Positions 37,801-50,229 of a DNA stretch of 64,000 bases are shown piece by piece; position 1 is the first letter of the stretch; each line of letters begins with the position of its first letter. A model generated the notes under the pieces. The model was not told where the DNA came from and made no database searches. It saw only the letters and a list, made by a program, of their open reading frames with translations. Position numbers and translations under genes: made by a program. The stretch comes from Camelus dromedarius (Eukaryota), in assembly GCF_036321535.1 (NCBI RefSeq), contig NC_087437.1:108812001-108876000 (forward strand). The letters are read 5' to 3'.

Positions 37801-38429
37801 CTAAAATGGTCAATACATAAACATATCAACACTGAAATTTTCTAATACCTGTAAATGAGAACCATTCAAGTGCAGGAAGTATGTGTTCATAAACAAACAA
37901 ACAAAAAAAAATCCAAGCACCTAACTGCCTGGAAACTCACATGCCAGAAGCCTCTAATTTATCTAGAATGCACTAACCCAGCATTTTCCAAGTATGACCA
38001 CTTAGCATTTTTAAAGAATTTATGTTTGGGCCAAAAAAAGGGGAGGGTGGTAGCAGCTTTGGGCTCAAATAAATTTGGCATAAGTTCAAGTTAGTTGGCT
38101 TTCCTCAAAGAATTCTCAAATTCTGATATACACACTGAATCTCAAAAACAGATAGTATTCAGTGCTTCTCAAATGTATGATTAAGAGATCTTTCTGTATA
38201 ACATCAAGGGGCTTAGCTTTTGTCTGAAACACCACAAACCGAAAAATATCTTCACCACCACCTTCAATGGATTTCCTACCCCCTTTAAGAAGCTTCTTTC
38301 TTTCCTTAAACCTAAACCTGAAATTCTTCGAATAACATTTTAGCAACTGAGGGTAAATTCAGGCTGAATTAAAGGCATTATGTATAATTTTAGAACCTAA
38401 GTATAGTTCAAGAAAAAAGTACCTAAAAC

Positions 38430-38595
38430 AACAGTTATCAAACTTTAGTGGGCATCATAATCACCTGCAGGGCTTATTTAAAAAAGACTCTGGGCCTCTC
38501 TCCAGTTTCTGACTCAGTGGATCCTGGACTCTATTTTTAACAAGTACTTAGGTGATGTTGACACTACTGATTTGGGGACAATTTGAGAACTAGTG
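38430..38595. mobile_element. MER5A-like hAT element
   Basis: tcaaactttagtgggcatcataatcacctgcagggctt...tttttaacaag...aggtgatgttga...tttgagaactagtg. Confidence 0.6.
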
Positions 38596-39579
38596 AAGTA
38601 AGCACTTGAAGAAAGATTAATCCAGCCCTACAACACTGTCCAGTGCTTAAAACTTGATGTACAAGTCCCTTTTCAGAATACATACAATACAAAATTAGGT
38701 ACCACTATCTTAGAGTACAAGTTCATTATAGTAATACAAACTGGTTAGTAAGTCAGATGGGGTCTTCAGATACGTTATTTTGCACACAGAGTGCCAAGGG
38801 CACCTAACAATGAACATTCTCCTAGGGTAAAACAAAACAGAGCCCTCTCAATTTAAAATCAAAATTCAGAAGCACCTGTGTGAGCAGGGCACTCAGTTAT
38901 TAACAATATTGTCTTGCTTGGATAACAGTCAAAAAGTTCCTTAGGAACTTCCTCCATTACAATTTCTGTTTACTGCTTGCTTCAGTCTACTTAGCTTCTC
39001 CTGTCTCCTTCTATTTTTGGTCCTCCTTTTTATTCTTAGCCACATGTTAACTTACAGAATAAACATTTCATTAAAGCTCCCATTATCCTTGTTTAAAACT
39101 CGAAAAACATACTCTTTCCACTAAAAGCTATCTAATACACTGACATAAAAACACCCTACTAATAAATTCAGTACATGGACACCTGGCTTCTGTTTGATTA
39201 TCTCCAGTGAGTTTGAACTGGATCTACAGTTCCATTTTTCATCATCTCACCTAGTAAAAAGTTCTTCCTTTACTGAAACGAAATTTATTTTGCTGTAATT
39301 ACAACCAACCGGTCCTTACTATGCTGAGAGTAAGTCTAATTTCCTTTCCACTTCTATTTAAAATTTGCTTCTCCCAGGATTAACTTGGTATGATTTTCAT
39401 TTAATGGATTTATACTGTGTCCCTATAGCAATTAAAATTTTCTACTAAGTATTTAAAAATAATTCATTTTTAAATAATCCTTTCTAGAATTTTGTAGGGA
39501 ACTAGATTTCAGTAACTTTACTAGAAAACACATTTGGGACCATTAAATAAGGGCTGCTTGCACACAAACACAATACCAT

Positions 39580-39825
39580 GAGAGTGAATCTGACAACTGA
39601 AATGGCTGTGTCCTGGACAGGCAGCGTACACACAGGGCTATGCCAGACACAGGGACGACTCATGTCTTGGAGCAGGATGACGCGAGATTTCATCATGCTA
39701 GTAAAGAGTGGCACATACATAAAACTTACGAATTATTTATTTCTAGGGTTTTTCACTTAATATTCTTGGACTGTGGTTGACTCGTGGGTAAGCTGAAACC
39801 ACAGGAAGCAAAACCACTATACTGT
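39580..39825. mobile_element. Tigger-family (TcMar) remnant
   Basis: gatttcatcatgcta...aaaacttacgaattatttatttct...cacttaatattcttggactgtggttgactcgtgggtaagctgaaaccacaggaagcaaaacc. Confidence 0.55.
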
Positions 39826-40221
39826 AGTCTGCAATTTCTGCTTTGGGCTCTATGGCCCTTCCACATTCCATATTAATATTACACATTAGACTTCCTCTCC
39901 AGATTACTTGTACAAAGGGATTCTTAGGCTAGAAAGTCTTAAAAACTATGACTCTAAATCAGATTTGTTTTCCCCATTCCAGTTCCCAAATGGCAAAGGA
40001 TTCTTTCACTGGAAAGATCCTCATTTTTAAATTAGCTGAAATACATTCAATACTATATTTCTATAACAGAAGAAAAAAAATACAAATTCTCTTTTTTTGG
40101 GGGGAGGGCATTTCACTTTGAATAGAACAAAAACCGTGCTATGTTCTAGTTCCATGAGAATATACTTTACACTATATAAAAATCAGTGTTTTTAAAGATC
40201 AAACTCTCACTTCTCACTCAC

Positions 40222-40341
40222 CTGATCCACCCTGAGTACAGTGACGGCAGCATTAGTGGCCAGCTTAATAGCCCAGTATTTTCCCAGGTAAGTATCCAGA
40301 ACACCAGCTTCCAACATGTCCTTCACAGCAGGAACTTCAGC
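40222..40341 (-). CDS. CCT8: CCT8 exon 14
   Basis: AG/GT flanks; AEVPAVKDMLEAGVLDTYLGKYWAIKLATNAAVTVLRVDQ. Confidence 0.96.
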
Positions 40342-40672
40342 CTGTCAACACAAAACTATCTTCATTCCTTCATGTTAAGTGTTTATGTGAAAATATTTAT
40401 ACTCAGTAATAGAAACACATGGCTACTTAAATAAAACTAGAACAAGTAGCCAGGAAAAAGCACTATCCTATATACACTATAAAACAAACTTGAATAAAAC
40501 AGAAGGAAAACTAACATTCTCTGTTGGACAAACTATATAAAAGCTAATTGTTATGAAAATCATTTGCTTACAAATCAGAACATCTGATTTTCCTTTCAAG
40601 CCTATATGTATATTTTTAAGTTGTGGATTCCCAAAACAAAATAATCACAGAGTTCCCCTCCCCCCCAAATAC

Positions 40673-40837
40673 CTCAATATCTAATCCAACATTTTTATTT
40701 CCTTCTTGATGCACTGCATAAAGTTTAGAGATTACTTCATTGGCCTTAACTCCAGAGTTTTCTGCCAGTGCCCGGGGAATAGCTTCAAATGCCTCAGCAA
40801 ACTTCTTAATGGCATACTGTTCAAGTCCAGGGCATGT
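40673..40837 (-). CDS. CCT8: CCT8 exon 13
   Basis: AG/GT flanks; TCPGLEQYAIKKFAEAFEAIPRALAENSG...VGLDIE. Confidence 0.96.
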
Positions 40838-40914
40838 CTGAAACAAAAATGTGATTACTGAATTTTATTCAAGCAATGACAAGAAACTCAGTTTATACAG
40901 AGAAAGCCATATAC

Positions 40915-40986
40915 CTCTCCATATGACGTGATCTGTTTGGCTAACTCAATTTCTGTCGCTCCACCTCCGGGTACAAGACGTTTATC
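40915..40986 (-). CDS. CCT8: CCT8 exon 12
   Basis: AG/GT flanks; DKRLVPGGGATEIELAKQITSYGE (chaperonin GGG motif). Confidence 0.96.
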
Positions 40987-41544
40987 CTGCAACATGTAGT
41001 TTAAAAAAAAAAGTCACTAAGAAGCAGTTTCCACTTTCCTCATCTTTTTAGATTGTAGTACTCCACCAGACTAGTTTATAATCAATTACAAGTTTTGTAA
41101 AATTCAAATTCCATTTACAAATTCCATAAAAATGGAGTGCTTTGGACAGTTTTAATGCATATAATGTCTGGTATGTGAAAAAGGACCAAAGACAGGAATG
41201 GGACCATCACTGCACATTATCTGTATTTCCACAGATGCAGCATTAACGACAGTGCTGAAGCAACTGAAGGTACATACATCATCACAACTGAAAACTACCA
41301 TAAACTATCTTTAAAATAGTTAAAAAAAAAAAAGACCTTGATTTGCTGTTTATTCCTTTGCATATTTCGTTTTAGAAAACTATCATATTCATCAGCAATG
41401 GACATTTAAATGCAGTCTTAAGAAAAAAGGTGCTTTGCTTTACATAAGCCATTGATTTTTTCATTTTGAAATTCTAAGAATGTTCAGCAGGCTGCCAGCC
41501 GTGTTTCTGAGGACTTACAAATTAAGGCTACTGCTAATACTGAC

Positions 41545-41660
41545 CCTTGTGAGAACTTTGAAGGTATTAACACCATCATCTACAGCCCTTTCTACATCAT
41601 CCATCAGATTGTCTGTAGAGCCTCGAAGCACTATGGTAGAAATGGCACCATCTTCCTTTT
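41545..41660 (-). CDS. CCT8: CCT8 exon 11
   Basis: AG/GT flanks; KEDGAISTIVLRGSTDNLMDDVERAVDDGVNTFKVLTR. Confidence 0.96.
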
Positions 41661-41752
41661 CTGTTAATAAATTACATATATTTGGAAATTAATGAAAGAA
41701 AACAAACACCCCACACTTCACATACTACATATATCTTACCATTACTACTTAC

Positions 41753-41840
41753 CATGCTTAAAAACCACCACTTGTGTATCTCCAACCTCTGAGAGGTAAA
41801 CACTGTCACAACGCCCCATTTCTTCAAGGACAGGAGGAGT
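41753..41840 (-). CDS. CCT8: CCT8 exon 10
   Basis: AG/GT flanks; TPPVLEEMGRCDSVYLSEVGDTQVVVFKH. Confidence 0.95.
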
Positions 41841-41914
41841 CTGTGAGAAAATGACTCTTGTAATAAAAATAGTTCAAATAGGTTCAGCTACCTTTTAATA
41901 CCCAGAACACATAC

Positions 41915-41981
41915 CAATCTAGGAAGAGCTGTTGCACCAACTGTTTTACATAGTCTTCTGAGATCCCATTTTGAGTTCAGC
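41915..41981 (-). CDS. CCT8: CCT8 exon 9
   Basis: AG/GT flanks; LNSKWDLRRLCKTVGATALPRL. Confidence 0.95.
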
Positions 41982-42674
41982 CTTTGAAAAAAAACAAAGA
42001 CCTTAATAGATGTTTTATTTCCATGAGATATCACAGTAAAATGCAGAGATTAAACAGGAAACTGTACACTGGGCCCCAATTCACATTCTTTTAACCCTGA
42101 CGGTTCAAGCTCAGAATAGGTCTGGACTGCACTGTGCCAATCCAGTCACAGGTGTTTATGGCAGTAATCTAAAAATTGGGAGCGTTCAAGTCTCCATAGG
42201 ATGTCAAGCTTATAGTTCTAAAACACTAAGGAACCCTGGTACATAGGACATTTTTGCTTTACTTTGGACAACTGTGTTTTGTAAGAAAGCAAACAGCGAT
42301 TTACTCTGCACGTCATACTAGGTTATAGGACAGGTTGGAATGCGTATGGATTTAAAGTTATGTTCCTGACCCCACACTCTAGCTGACAGTGTGTATCAGG
42401 CTTGTGTCTGGTCTCTTAGGCTTTTCCTCTTGCCTGGAATGCTCTTCCCTCTTCAATTAACATCTGTTGACTGGTCCGTCAGCTCTCAGTCTAAATAAGT
42501 CTTCTCAGAGGTGCTTCCTGTCCCCCTAGATCAAGTTAAGTCCTCTTGCTATGTGATCTAATACGTTATATACGTTCCCCATTAACAGTCCTCATGGTGT
42601 GCTGAATTTGTCCAGTGTTTCACCACCCAAAAGCTATTTACAATCTAGGTTAACAGAATGCATCTCTCTCTTAC

Positions 42675-42853
42675 CTCACCAACATGATATTGTATTTGTT
42701 TGCGTAATGAAGAGCCATGTCTGCCACTTTGCCACCTGTTACTACGACGTTTGCACCAGTATCAGCGATCGCTTTGACTTGCGCATCCATGAGATTCTCT
42801 TCTCCCTTACTGAAGTTCATCAGTTCTTCAGCAGTCTTTATCAATACAGTTCC
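42675..42853 (-). CDS. CCT8: CCT8 exon 8
   Basis: AG/GT flanks; GTVLIKTAEELMNFSKGEENLMDAQVKAIADTGANVVVTGGKVADMALHYANKYNIMLV(R). Confidence 0.96.
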
Positions 42854-43778
42854 CTAGCAAAACAAGCAAGGATTTTCTTTAAAAGCCATCTCAAACTCTG
42901 GTGTTCAAAGTCACAGAATAACATTTTACTGAAGAAATAACTTAAAAGATCTGGGAGGAAACATGAAGATAAATATGCACATATTACAAAGCAGAATACA
43001 AAAATCTATGGAATTAACAGAAATTCTGCTCACTCCTAGATCAACTCTCCCCCAAATCCCAAAACTGATACATCTGCTCTCTGACAGGCACTTTGGTGGA
43101 AAAACTGGAGAAGTACTGCACTTTTAGATACACGAGGCAGGTGTCCCGGCATGTGTGTTTTGATAAATGTCAACTAGTACCAAAGCAACGTTGTGGGTCT
43201 CAAACATCTTCTAAACTGTGGACTAAATGACCAGCTCCATACCTCACCCCAAGCCTGTGAAACTATTAAAACCATCAAGAACTCAGACTTCAAAAACCGT
43301 AGGGATAAAATCAGCAGTGACCTATAAACGTATATATCAAACTTCTTAAAATGTATTTTTAAAAACAAACTTCAAATTACAAGTTATTACCTTCAAAGTA
43401 CATTAGCATGTTTCTGTTTTAGGATGCTACAGAATTTCAACATTTTAAAAAATATTTTAATGAACAGCACAAACACTTATATTCTCTTCAGTGAACATTT
43501 AACTTGCTCAATGTGTAAAATTAGAAGTCAACAGCTGTATATTAGTATATAAACAATACTGCCACCACCAAATGTTTCAAATTTTTATTTCCTATTTGAA
43601 TTAGATATTCAAACACAAGTCTGATTAAAAACATACATAACCCTGCAGTTTTCAATAACTATGTAGTATCCACTGGTTTAAGAGTAAACTCTACCTCAAA
43701 ACTTACTTTAGAATCACAGAACTACCTGAAAGAGCAACCTCAAATTTTTACTACTTCAAGGTTCTGAAACCTACATAC

Positions 43779-43916
43779 CTTAGTTTCCGTTATCATGCCA
43801 TCAAAAGGACAAGAGTACACTGCTATTTTTGCATCTTTGACAGATGTTATATCACCTTCAGTTTCCTTCTTAAAAACCATGCCATGCAATACTGAAGAGG
43901 AATAGACACCAGAGCC
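43779..43916 (-). CDS. CCT8: CCT8 exon 7
   Basis: AG/GT flanks; GSGVYSSSVLHGMVFKKETEGDITSVKDAKIAVYSCPFDGMITETK. Confidence 0.96.
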
Positions 43917-43990
43917 CTAAAAAGTCGGGTAACAAAATCACCAATGATTTCATGAAAATAATATCAGGGCTAAGTTACTGATTCTGCATG

Positions 43991-44188
43991 CACCAAAAAA
44001 TATTTGTTTTTAAATAAGGTAAAACTCCTGGGGATGAGTAGGGTGGTGGACACAAAGCACAACAGTTTGCTCAATGAAGGAACACCAAAAAATATTTGTT
44101 TTTAAATAAGGTAAAACACCAAGGTGGTAACTCCTGGGGATGAGTAGGGTGGTGGACACAAAGCACAACAGTTTGCTCAATGAAGGAA
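43991..44188. repeat. Tandem duplication (92 bp + 106 bp copies) in CCT8 intron 6
   Basis: 43991-44082 is repeated at 44083-44188, identical apart from a 14-bp indel. Confidence 0.9.
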
Positions 44189-44951
44189 TCACTGTGGGAA
44201 TGAGCCACTATTATAGTTGGGGGTCCTTCAGTGTATGGGAAAGAATCAAAGCCAGAGAACAACTGCTCTAAGCCATTCATTCACCCAGTAGTTGGTGCTA
44301 GTGTACCAGGCAAAGCCAGTCCTGGGGACAGAACAGAGATCAGAGCCAAGTTTCTGATCTCACAAGCTTACCATGTACTGGGGAAGGGGAGGTAGGATAT
44401 GGAGAAAGTCAGAAAACACAAAGCATGTGTATAAACACACACACACTTATAGCTAACAGTTACTCAGGCTAAACTCAACTACATTAACTTAATTATCACG
44501 TATCAATGCATAGCACCACTAAAATGACAAGTTTTACTGTATCAAGCACAGACATTTTTATTAAAACCATACTCTTATTTCAGTACTAAAATTAAAAGTG
44601 TGAATTTTATTATTATAGAGCAACAGAACAATTTCCATCTCATTCAAAACTGCCTTCTAAGCTGACTGTTATAAGTCAGCATATACAAAGAATGCAAAGT
44701 TACTGTTTATGTACTATTCTCAACCTTCCAGCTGTCATGGAAAAATGATTTAACAAGATAATACATTGATGTACATTTAAATTTAGTAGTAGTATTACAA
44801 CCTAGCAATAGAGATCCAAAATGTCACAATGAAAGCAGAGAGTCCTAAGTGTCTAAGACCTACAAGGCAAAATTTAGATTAACAGATTTGTTTTTTGGGG
44901 GGTGGGGAATTGAACATATGTAAGTAACATAAATGCATTTTCTAAACTTAC

Positions 44952-45013
44952 CAAAATCTTACAAATTCTGATGTTATCAACATTGAAATGGCCGGAATCA
45001 GGAAAAATAGATA
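44952..45013 (-). CDS. CCT8: CCT8 exon 6
   Basis: AG/GT flanks; SIFPDSGHFNVDNIRICKIL. Confidence 0.95.
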
Positions 45014-45124
45014 CTGTTAAGAAAACAAGATGTGTCAAAGATGTACCAGAATAAAAGAGGTAACATCTTAATCACATTAAGACACTTTTATTTTGGATCT
45101 TCTCATTTACTGATATTTACTCAC

Positions 45125-45305
45125 CACACGCCTGAGCAATAAGCTTGGCCAGAAACACTTCATTACCATACTGTTTACTCATCACAGACGTATGAAGCAG
45201 AGATGCCACTTCGTCAACATCCCGAAGATTTTTTGCAGAACAACATACTAAGTCAGGAAGAATCTCATGGGCTTTCCTGCAGGCTATTTCATAACCTTCT
45301 ATGAC
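45125..45305 (-). CDS. CCT8: CCT8 exon 5
   Basis: AG/GT flanks; VIEGYEIACRKAHEILPDLVCCSAKNLRDVDEVASLLHTSVMSKQYGNEVFLAKLIAQAC. Confidence 0.96.
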
Positions 45306-45444
45306 CTTAAATGTAAAGAGCAAAAACGTTTCTTCTAAAGACATAATTTTGACATGACTTAGTGTAGCTTATTTTGGTAACCCAGTGAATACGGTATTTA
45401 CTTTCAATATAAAAAGACATAGCATACATCCAGAGTAACATTCA

Positions 45445-45690
45445 CAGCAGAGCCTGCTAGTTAAGAATGCAGGCTTTGGAGACAGCATAAATTTGAATCC
45501 TGTCACTTACTAACTACTTGAACAAGATTTTTCTACTTAAGACTCACTTTTCTTATCCAAAACAAAATGGGATTAATTTAATAGGCCTCACTCATAAAGT
45601 TCTTGTAAAGAAAGAATGAGATACCGCACGTTAAGCATATGCACTACAATTCCTGGCACAGAGAAGACTGCTCAATATTAGCTATTACAC
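45445..45690 (+). mobile_element. MIR SINE
   Basis: gttaagaatgcaggctttggagacag...tttgaatcct..cacttacta...aaaatggga...gaatgagata...cctggcacagag. Confidence 0.6.
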
Positions 45691-45776
45691 CACAGTAATG
45701 ACTTTTATTTAAATTTGAAACAATAGGTACATATACACAGGCAAAAATAAAATAAGAGTATAACACAAACACTTGC

Positions 45777-45926
45777 CTCTGAAACTGACAGGCCAATTCT
45801 CAGCAGCTCTTCAGCTAACTCCAGAAGAGCTCCAGCAAAAACCAGAACAAAGTTTGTGCCATCCCCAACCTCCTGCTCTTGCATGTGAGAGGCCATTACT
45901 ATCATTTTTGCAGCAGGATGCTGGAC
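45777..45926 (-). CDS. CCT8: CCT8 exon 4 (GDGT motif; GC donor)
   Basis: VQHPAAKMIVMASHMQEQEVGDGTNFVLVFAGALLELAEELLRIGLSVSE; donor reads GAG|GCAAGT. Confidence 0.95.
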
Positions 45927-47291
45927 CTGGTAGAAGGGGTATGAATTTAAATACCAAGTTAAAAATTTGATCTCCCAAGCAATATAGAATTGTTCATTTC
46001 CATTTGTTCTTAAATTAATGGACTCCAATCTCCCTGTGGGCCAGGTGATGACACTGCTACACACTACTTACAGTGTGGTCACCAGAAGACAGTCCAAGTC
46101 CTCCTATGTCTATCAGCACAAAAGCATCACTATATATAAAAATAACTTCAATGGTCACTTTTTTAAATGGTCAAACATCCAGTATGTACATCTACATACG
46201 TAAAGTTTAGAATATTATTGAATTTTCACTAAATAAAAAAACAAAGTAATTCCAACCATTATATCTAAGGCATTTCTTAAAAAAAGGCTTCAGAAGCGCT
46301 AAAATAGATGACATTTAACTTGGTCAACAAGTCTCAAGTCTATGTATATTCCCATCATAAGGGGTTATCAATTACGATTTTAAAAAAGAGGGATACAAAA
46401 TATTTCCTAAAAAAAAGTGTATCAAAACTGTAAATGGTCTTTCCTTAGGAGTTAGATGCTTTTTAAGAAATAAGGAGTAACAACTGACAGGAGTGAGAAC
46501 AAAAAAGCTGACACTACAGTTTGTTATGAAGACGGTCTCCCTGTCATATTTGAGTAACATATGTCCTGAGAACATCACAGACTACAGCATTAACCTTCAC
46601 CGTGACAAGTCCCTCCACAAATACTTAGTGGAATTAAATTTGCTTTGCTCAACATTATTAAAGATTATAACCTATCTGTAGAGTTTTGTTTAAAAGGATT
46701 AAATTCTGGTGCTTTAAGAGCTAAGTTCAGGGAAACTCCAGGAGGTGGAACATATCCTCCAATTACAAAGCAGCTGGCTGAGGAATGGTTGTGTGTGTGT
46801 GTTCAGATGCCAGACTGCCCTCCTCACTCTGCTGGCATTATCTATTATGCAGACTCTATAACATCAACACTAGCAGGTGAACAAAATTCCACCAACTGTT
46901 TTATTTTCACAAAGACAAACAAATGGTTTAAAAGAGAAACAAAAAACCACTATTTTTAAGAACCAGTTGTTTCTACATTATGCAATAATTTACTCTAGCG
47001 TCATTATGTAGAACAAAACAACATTCAACGTGATATGATTATAAGCAAATATACTTTTATCACAAGTCTCTAGATAAATTAGTAATTTAGGAGGTTTTCT
47101 TTAATTTGAGTTGCTAGAATGTTACACATAAAGAGGACTATAATTAGGAAAATCTGTATAATAAATTGTCAAGCTGGGGGGAAAAACCATTATTATCCAG
47201 TCTGAAATAAGAGGTTTCTTTACGTTAAAATATACTGAATTTCTGCTGTCACCAAAACATTTCTTGGCTTAAAACAAAAACAAAAACTTAC

Positions 47292-47371
47292 TTCTAGCTC
47301 TCTTAAAATAGTTGCTGCATCATTTGTCACAAACAACTTCTCCAGGTGGTTGATAACCATTTTGTTCATTC
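47292..47371 (-). CDS. CCT8: CCT8 exon 3
   Basis: AG/GT flanks; (G)MNKMVINHLEKLFVTNDAATILRELE. Confidence 0.96.
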
Positions 47372-48088
47372 CTTAAAAATAAGTTAGAAAAAGAAACCCA
47401 CTATGATTCAAACCCTTCTCCAAATACCCCAGGGAAATCTAGTCAAGAAATGTAACTGTATCCATTCCTTAAAATAACTCTGTGAGAACTCAACACATAC
47501 TATCTATTCTCTAAGATGAACTCATAGCCCTACTGCTTTCCCTGATTGCACAGCTGTATTATTTCTTCCCCTTTTAATCTATTACATTGTTTACTAGGGA
47601 GGATGCCAATTTTGGCACATTTTTATTTGATAAATACAAATTATATTAACATGTGCAAAGACTAAAATAATCTACTTAAAAGTATATTTACTTTTTTGCT
47701 TATTCCATAAATCTGTTATCAAGTAATTCAGTTGATGGTAGGAGGCAAGAGAAAATTCTTCTCCCTTAAATTATTACATAAGTTCATGTAAAAGAACTTC
47801 CACATCTGTAACAATAAACATTACATACTATCTCAATGGGGAAAGCACTGTAATTTTTCTACCCTCTCAATATGACAAAAAGTAACATTCTGATTCCCAC
47901 TTTTCTAAAAGGATCTGAATTGCTGATTAACGATCACTGTACTGGTGTCACTGAACTATGAATTTTCAAAGCCATACTGCATTATGGCTAACTCTCAATT
48001 TACATATAACATCCCCAGAATAAGTCTGAAAGAGCTAGTACACAAAATTCTCTTATTGTACCTCTGAAAACATGAATTAAGAAATTAC

Positions 48089-48179
48089 CATTAGGCCCAT
48101 ATGCTGTACGAGTTGTCTGAGCCAGCTCCTTGCAAGCCTGTATATTCCTGTACACAGCCTCTTCTAATCCTGAAAAATG
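48089..48179 (-). CDS. CCT8: CCT8 exon 2
   Basis: AG/GT flanks; HFSGLEEAVYRNIQACKELAQTTRTAYGPN. Confidence 0.96.
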
Positions 48180-48834
48180 CTGTAAAAGAAAACTTCTGAT
48201 TAGACAGGACAGTGAAACACAGTAATTCTTCATCTGTAAAATGGGATAATAAAATAGTACTTGCCTCAGAGGACTGTTAAGACTATTAAGCAAGACTTAT
48301 GTCTGTAAAGCATGGTGACTGGTATTCACAAATGATCCAGAAATGTACTCACTATTTGAACGAATAAAAAATGACATTTTTAGGGACCATGGGTACCTAC
48401 TTACACATTAAAACACAAAGCCGGTAATTTTTTAAAATGTAGTGAAAACTGCAAGGGAAGAGTGCTAACACTGATTAAAGAAGGCATATGAGCTATTACA
48501 GAGAAAAATACCTTTTCAGAGATTATCAGTACTTTCAAAAGTTGAACTGCGGTATGAATATTTGCTGTGTTAGAACCTGAGCACTGTAAAGCCAGCAGTT
48601 CTATATTCACTGGGAAGTAATGTATCTGTCCCATAAATGTTTAGGGACTAAAGCACACAGATTCTGAACACTCTCTTGCAACTGCAACACAATTCCAACA
48701 TGTACATACTGAAAATGCTCAATTACTCACAGTACTAAAATTCTCAAATTTTACCCTGGACTTCTTTTAGTCTTGGAATTTAACTGTGATCTCAAGATAA
48801 CTTTCAAGAGCCAACTGTTCACGTGAACATTTTT

Positions 48835-49010
48835 CTAGAGCTGCTTTGCCCAATTTAGTAGCCACTAGCCACAAATGGCTATTTAAATTTTAAGCAATTA
48901 AAGTTAAAAATTCATTTCTTCAATTACACTAGGCACAGTTCAAGTGCCCAGAAGCTACATGTGGCTAATGGATAGCATATACCGAACATTTCCAGCATTG
49001 CAGAAACAGA
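48835..49010. mobile_element. MER3/MER33-like hAT-Charlie element
   Basis: gtagccactagccacaaatggctatttaaatttt...tcaagtgccc...gctacatgtggctaatgg. Confidence 0.55.
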
Positions 49011-50229
49011 CAACACTGTTACGAAGTGTAAGGAGTGTCTTTTTAATAGTCATAAAAGGGACTGTGATCCAAACAAGGTTAACAATCACTGCTTTTAGAA
49101 GTGTTTTCAGAGCCACAGGTTGAACTCCAGCATTTAGTCTGACCTTCTGCCTTACATCATTGTTTTCCTCTACCTCCGTTCTCTGAAGAAGTCACCTCTG
49201 ATCATAAATCAGACCCTATCAAACCCTTCAACTATTTCCCATCACTCTTAGGATAAAATGTAAATCCCTTGTCAGGGATACAAGCCCCTGAACACTCTAA
49301 CTCTGACCTACTGATATAAATTCATCTCTTACCATTTCTGTCTTCCTTTGGTAAGCTTCAGCTTCATCACCTTTCTCACTGTTGTCTTTTAAGAGGTCAA
49401 AGTCATTCCATCTTCAGGGTCTTGGTGCTTACTGGTCCCTCAGCCTGGAACACTTCTGCCTTTAATCTTGGCTGTTCTGCTACTAAGCACCAGGCTGAAA
49501 GTTCTTTCCTTAAAATTGTTCTATCTGCAGCAGCACCACCCTTCCTCCTCTTTTTTTTTTTTTTGGAGGCAGACTCTTATTTCCTTTATCATTATTTGAA
49601 ATCACCCTTCTTGTTTATTTGATCATTTACTATTTCTGCCTCAGAAGAATAAAAACTACAGAAAGTTTTCAGCCTGACTTAAAAAATATCATTTTAATCA
49701 AAACTTTTCCACCAATATTTGCACTAACTCTTGTTATTTACTACACTCATGTTATCCCAAAAGTGCATCCTTCCAACAAGAACCTAGTTTCCTAAAATCG
49801 TTACCATAATTGGAGCCATATTGATGGCTTTAAGCAAGCACAGAAAATCTGGGAGACAAAGAAACACAAGAGATACATTTCTCAGTAGTGCTTTAAGATG
49901 TTTTTTCAAAAACCGTGCCTTTTAAATTACGTTCCAGGTCTCCCCATAAAACAAAACAGTTTTATTTAGGCCAGGATATCACTTACCCTGTGGTTTACAA
50001 CTCTGGTCGTTACAACTCTTTTCGTCCGGCTCCTCAATTTAAAGACGAAGAAACCAAGACCCAGAGGAGTCAATTTTACACCAAGCTAGCTAACCTAAGT
50101 TGGGACCAGAACCCATTCGGATTTAACTAGTGTTTCTCCTGCTATAATGCACTACTTCTGCGAATTAAACGGGGGAGCCCTCTGCTGCTCATTTGGGAAG
50201 AAGCTGCCAAGTACTGGTCCTTGGCCCTC

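Noticed and set aside
47455..47480. Sequence resembling the CCT8 exon 3 acceptor (ttattttaAG|GAATG) about 100 nt upstream, as a possible second duplicated exon
   Set aside because: Similarity is limited to about 15 nt and the following codons do not resemble exon 3
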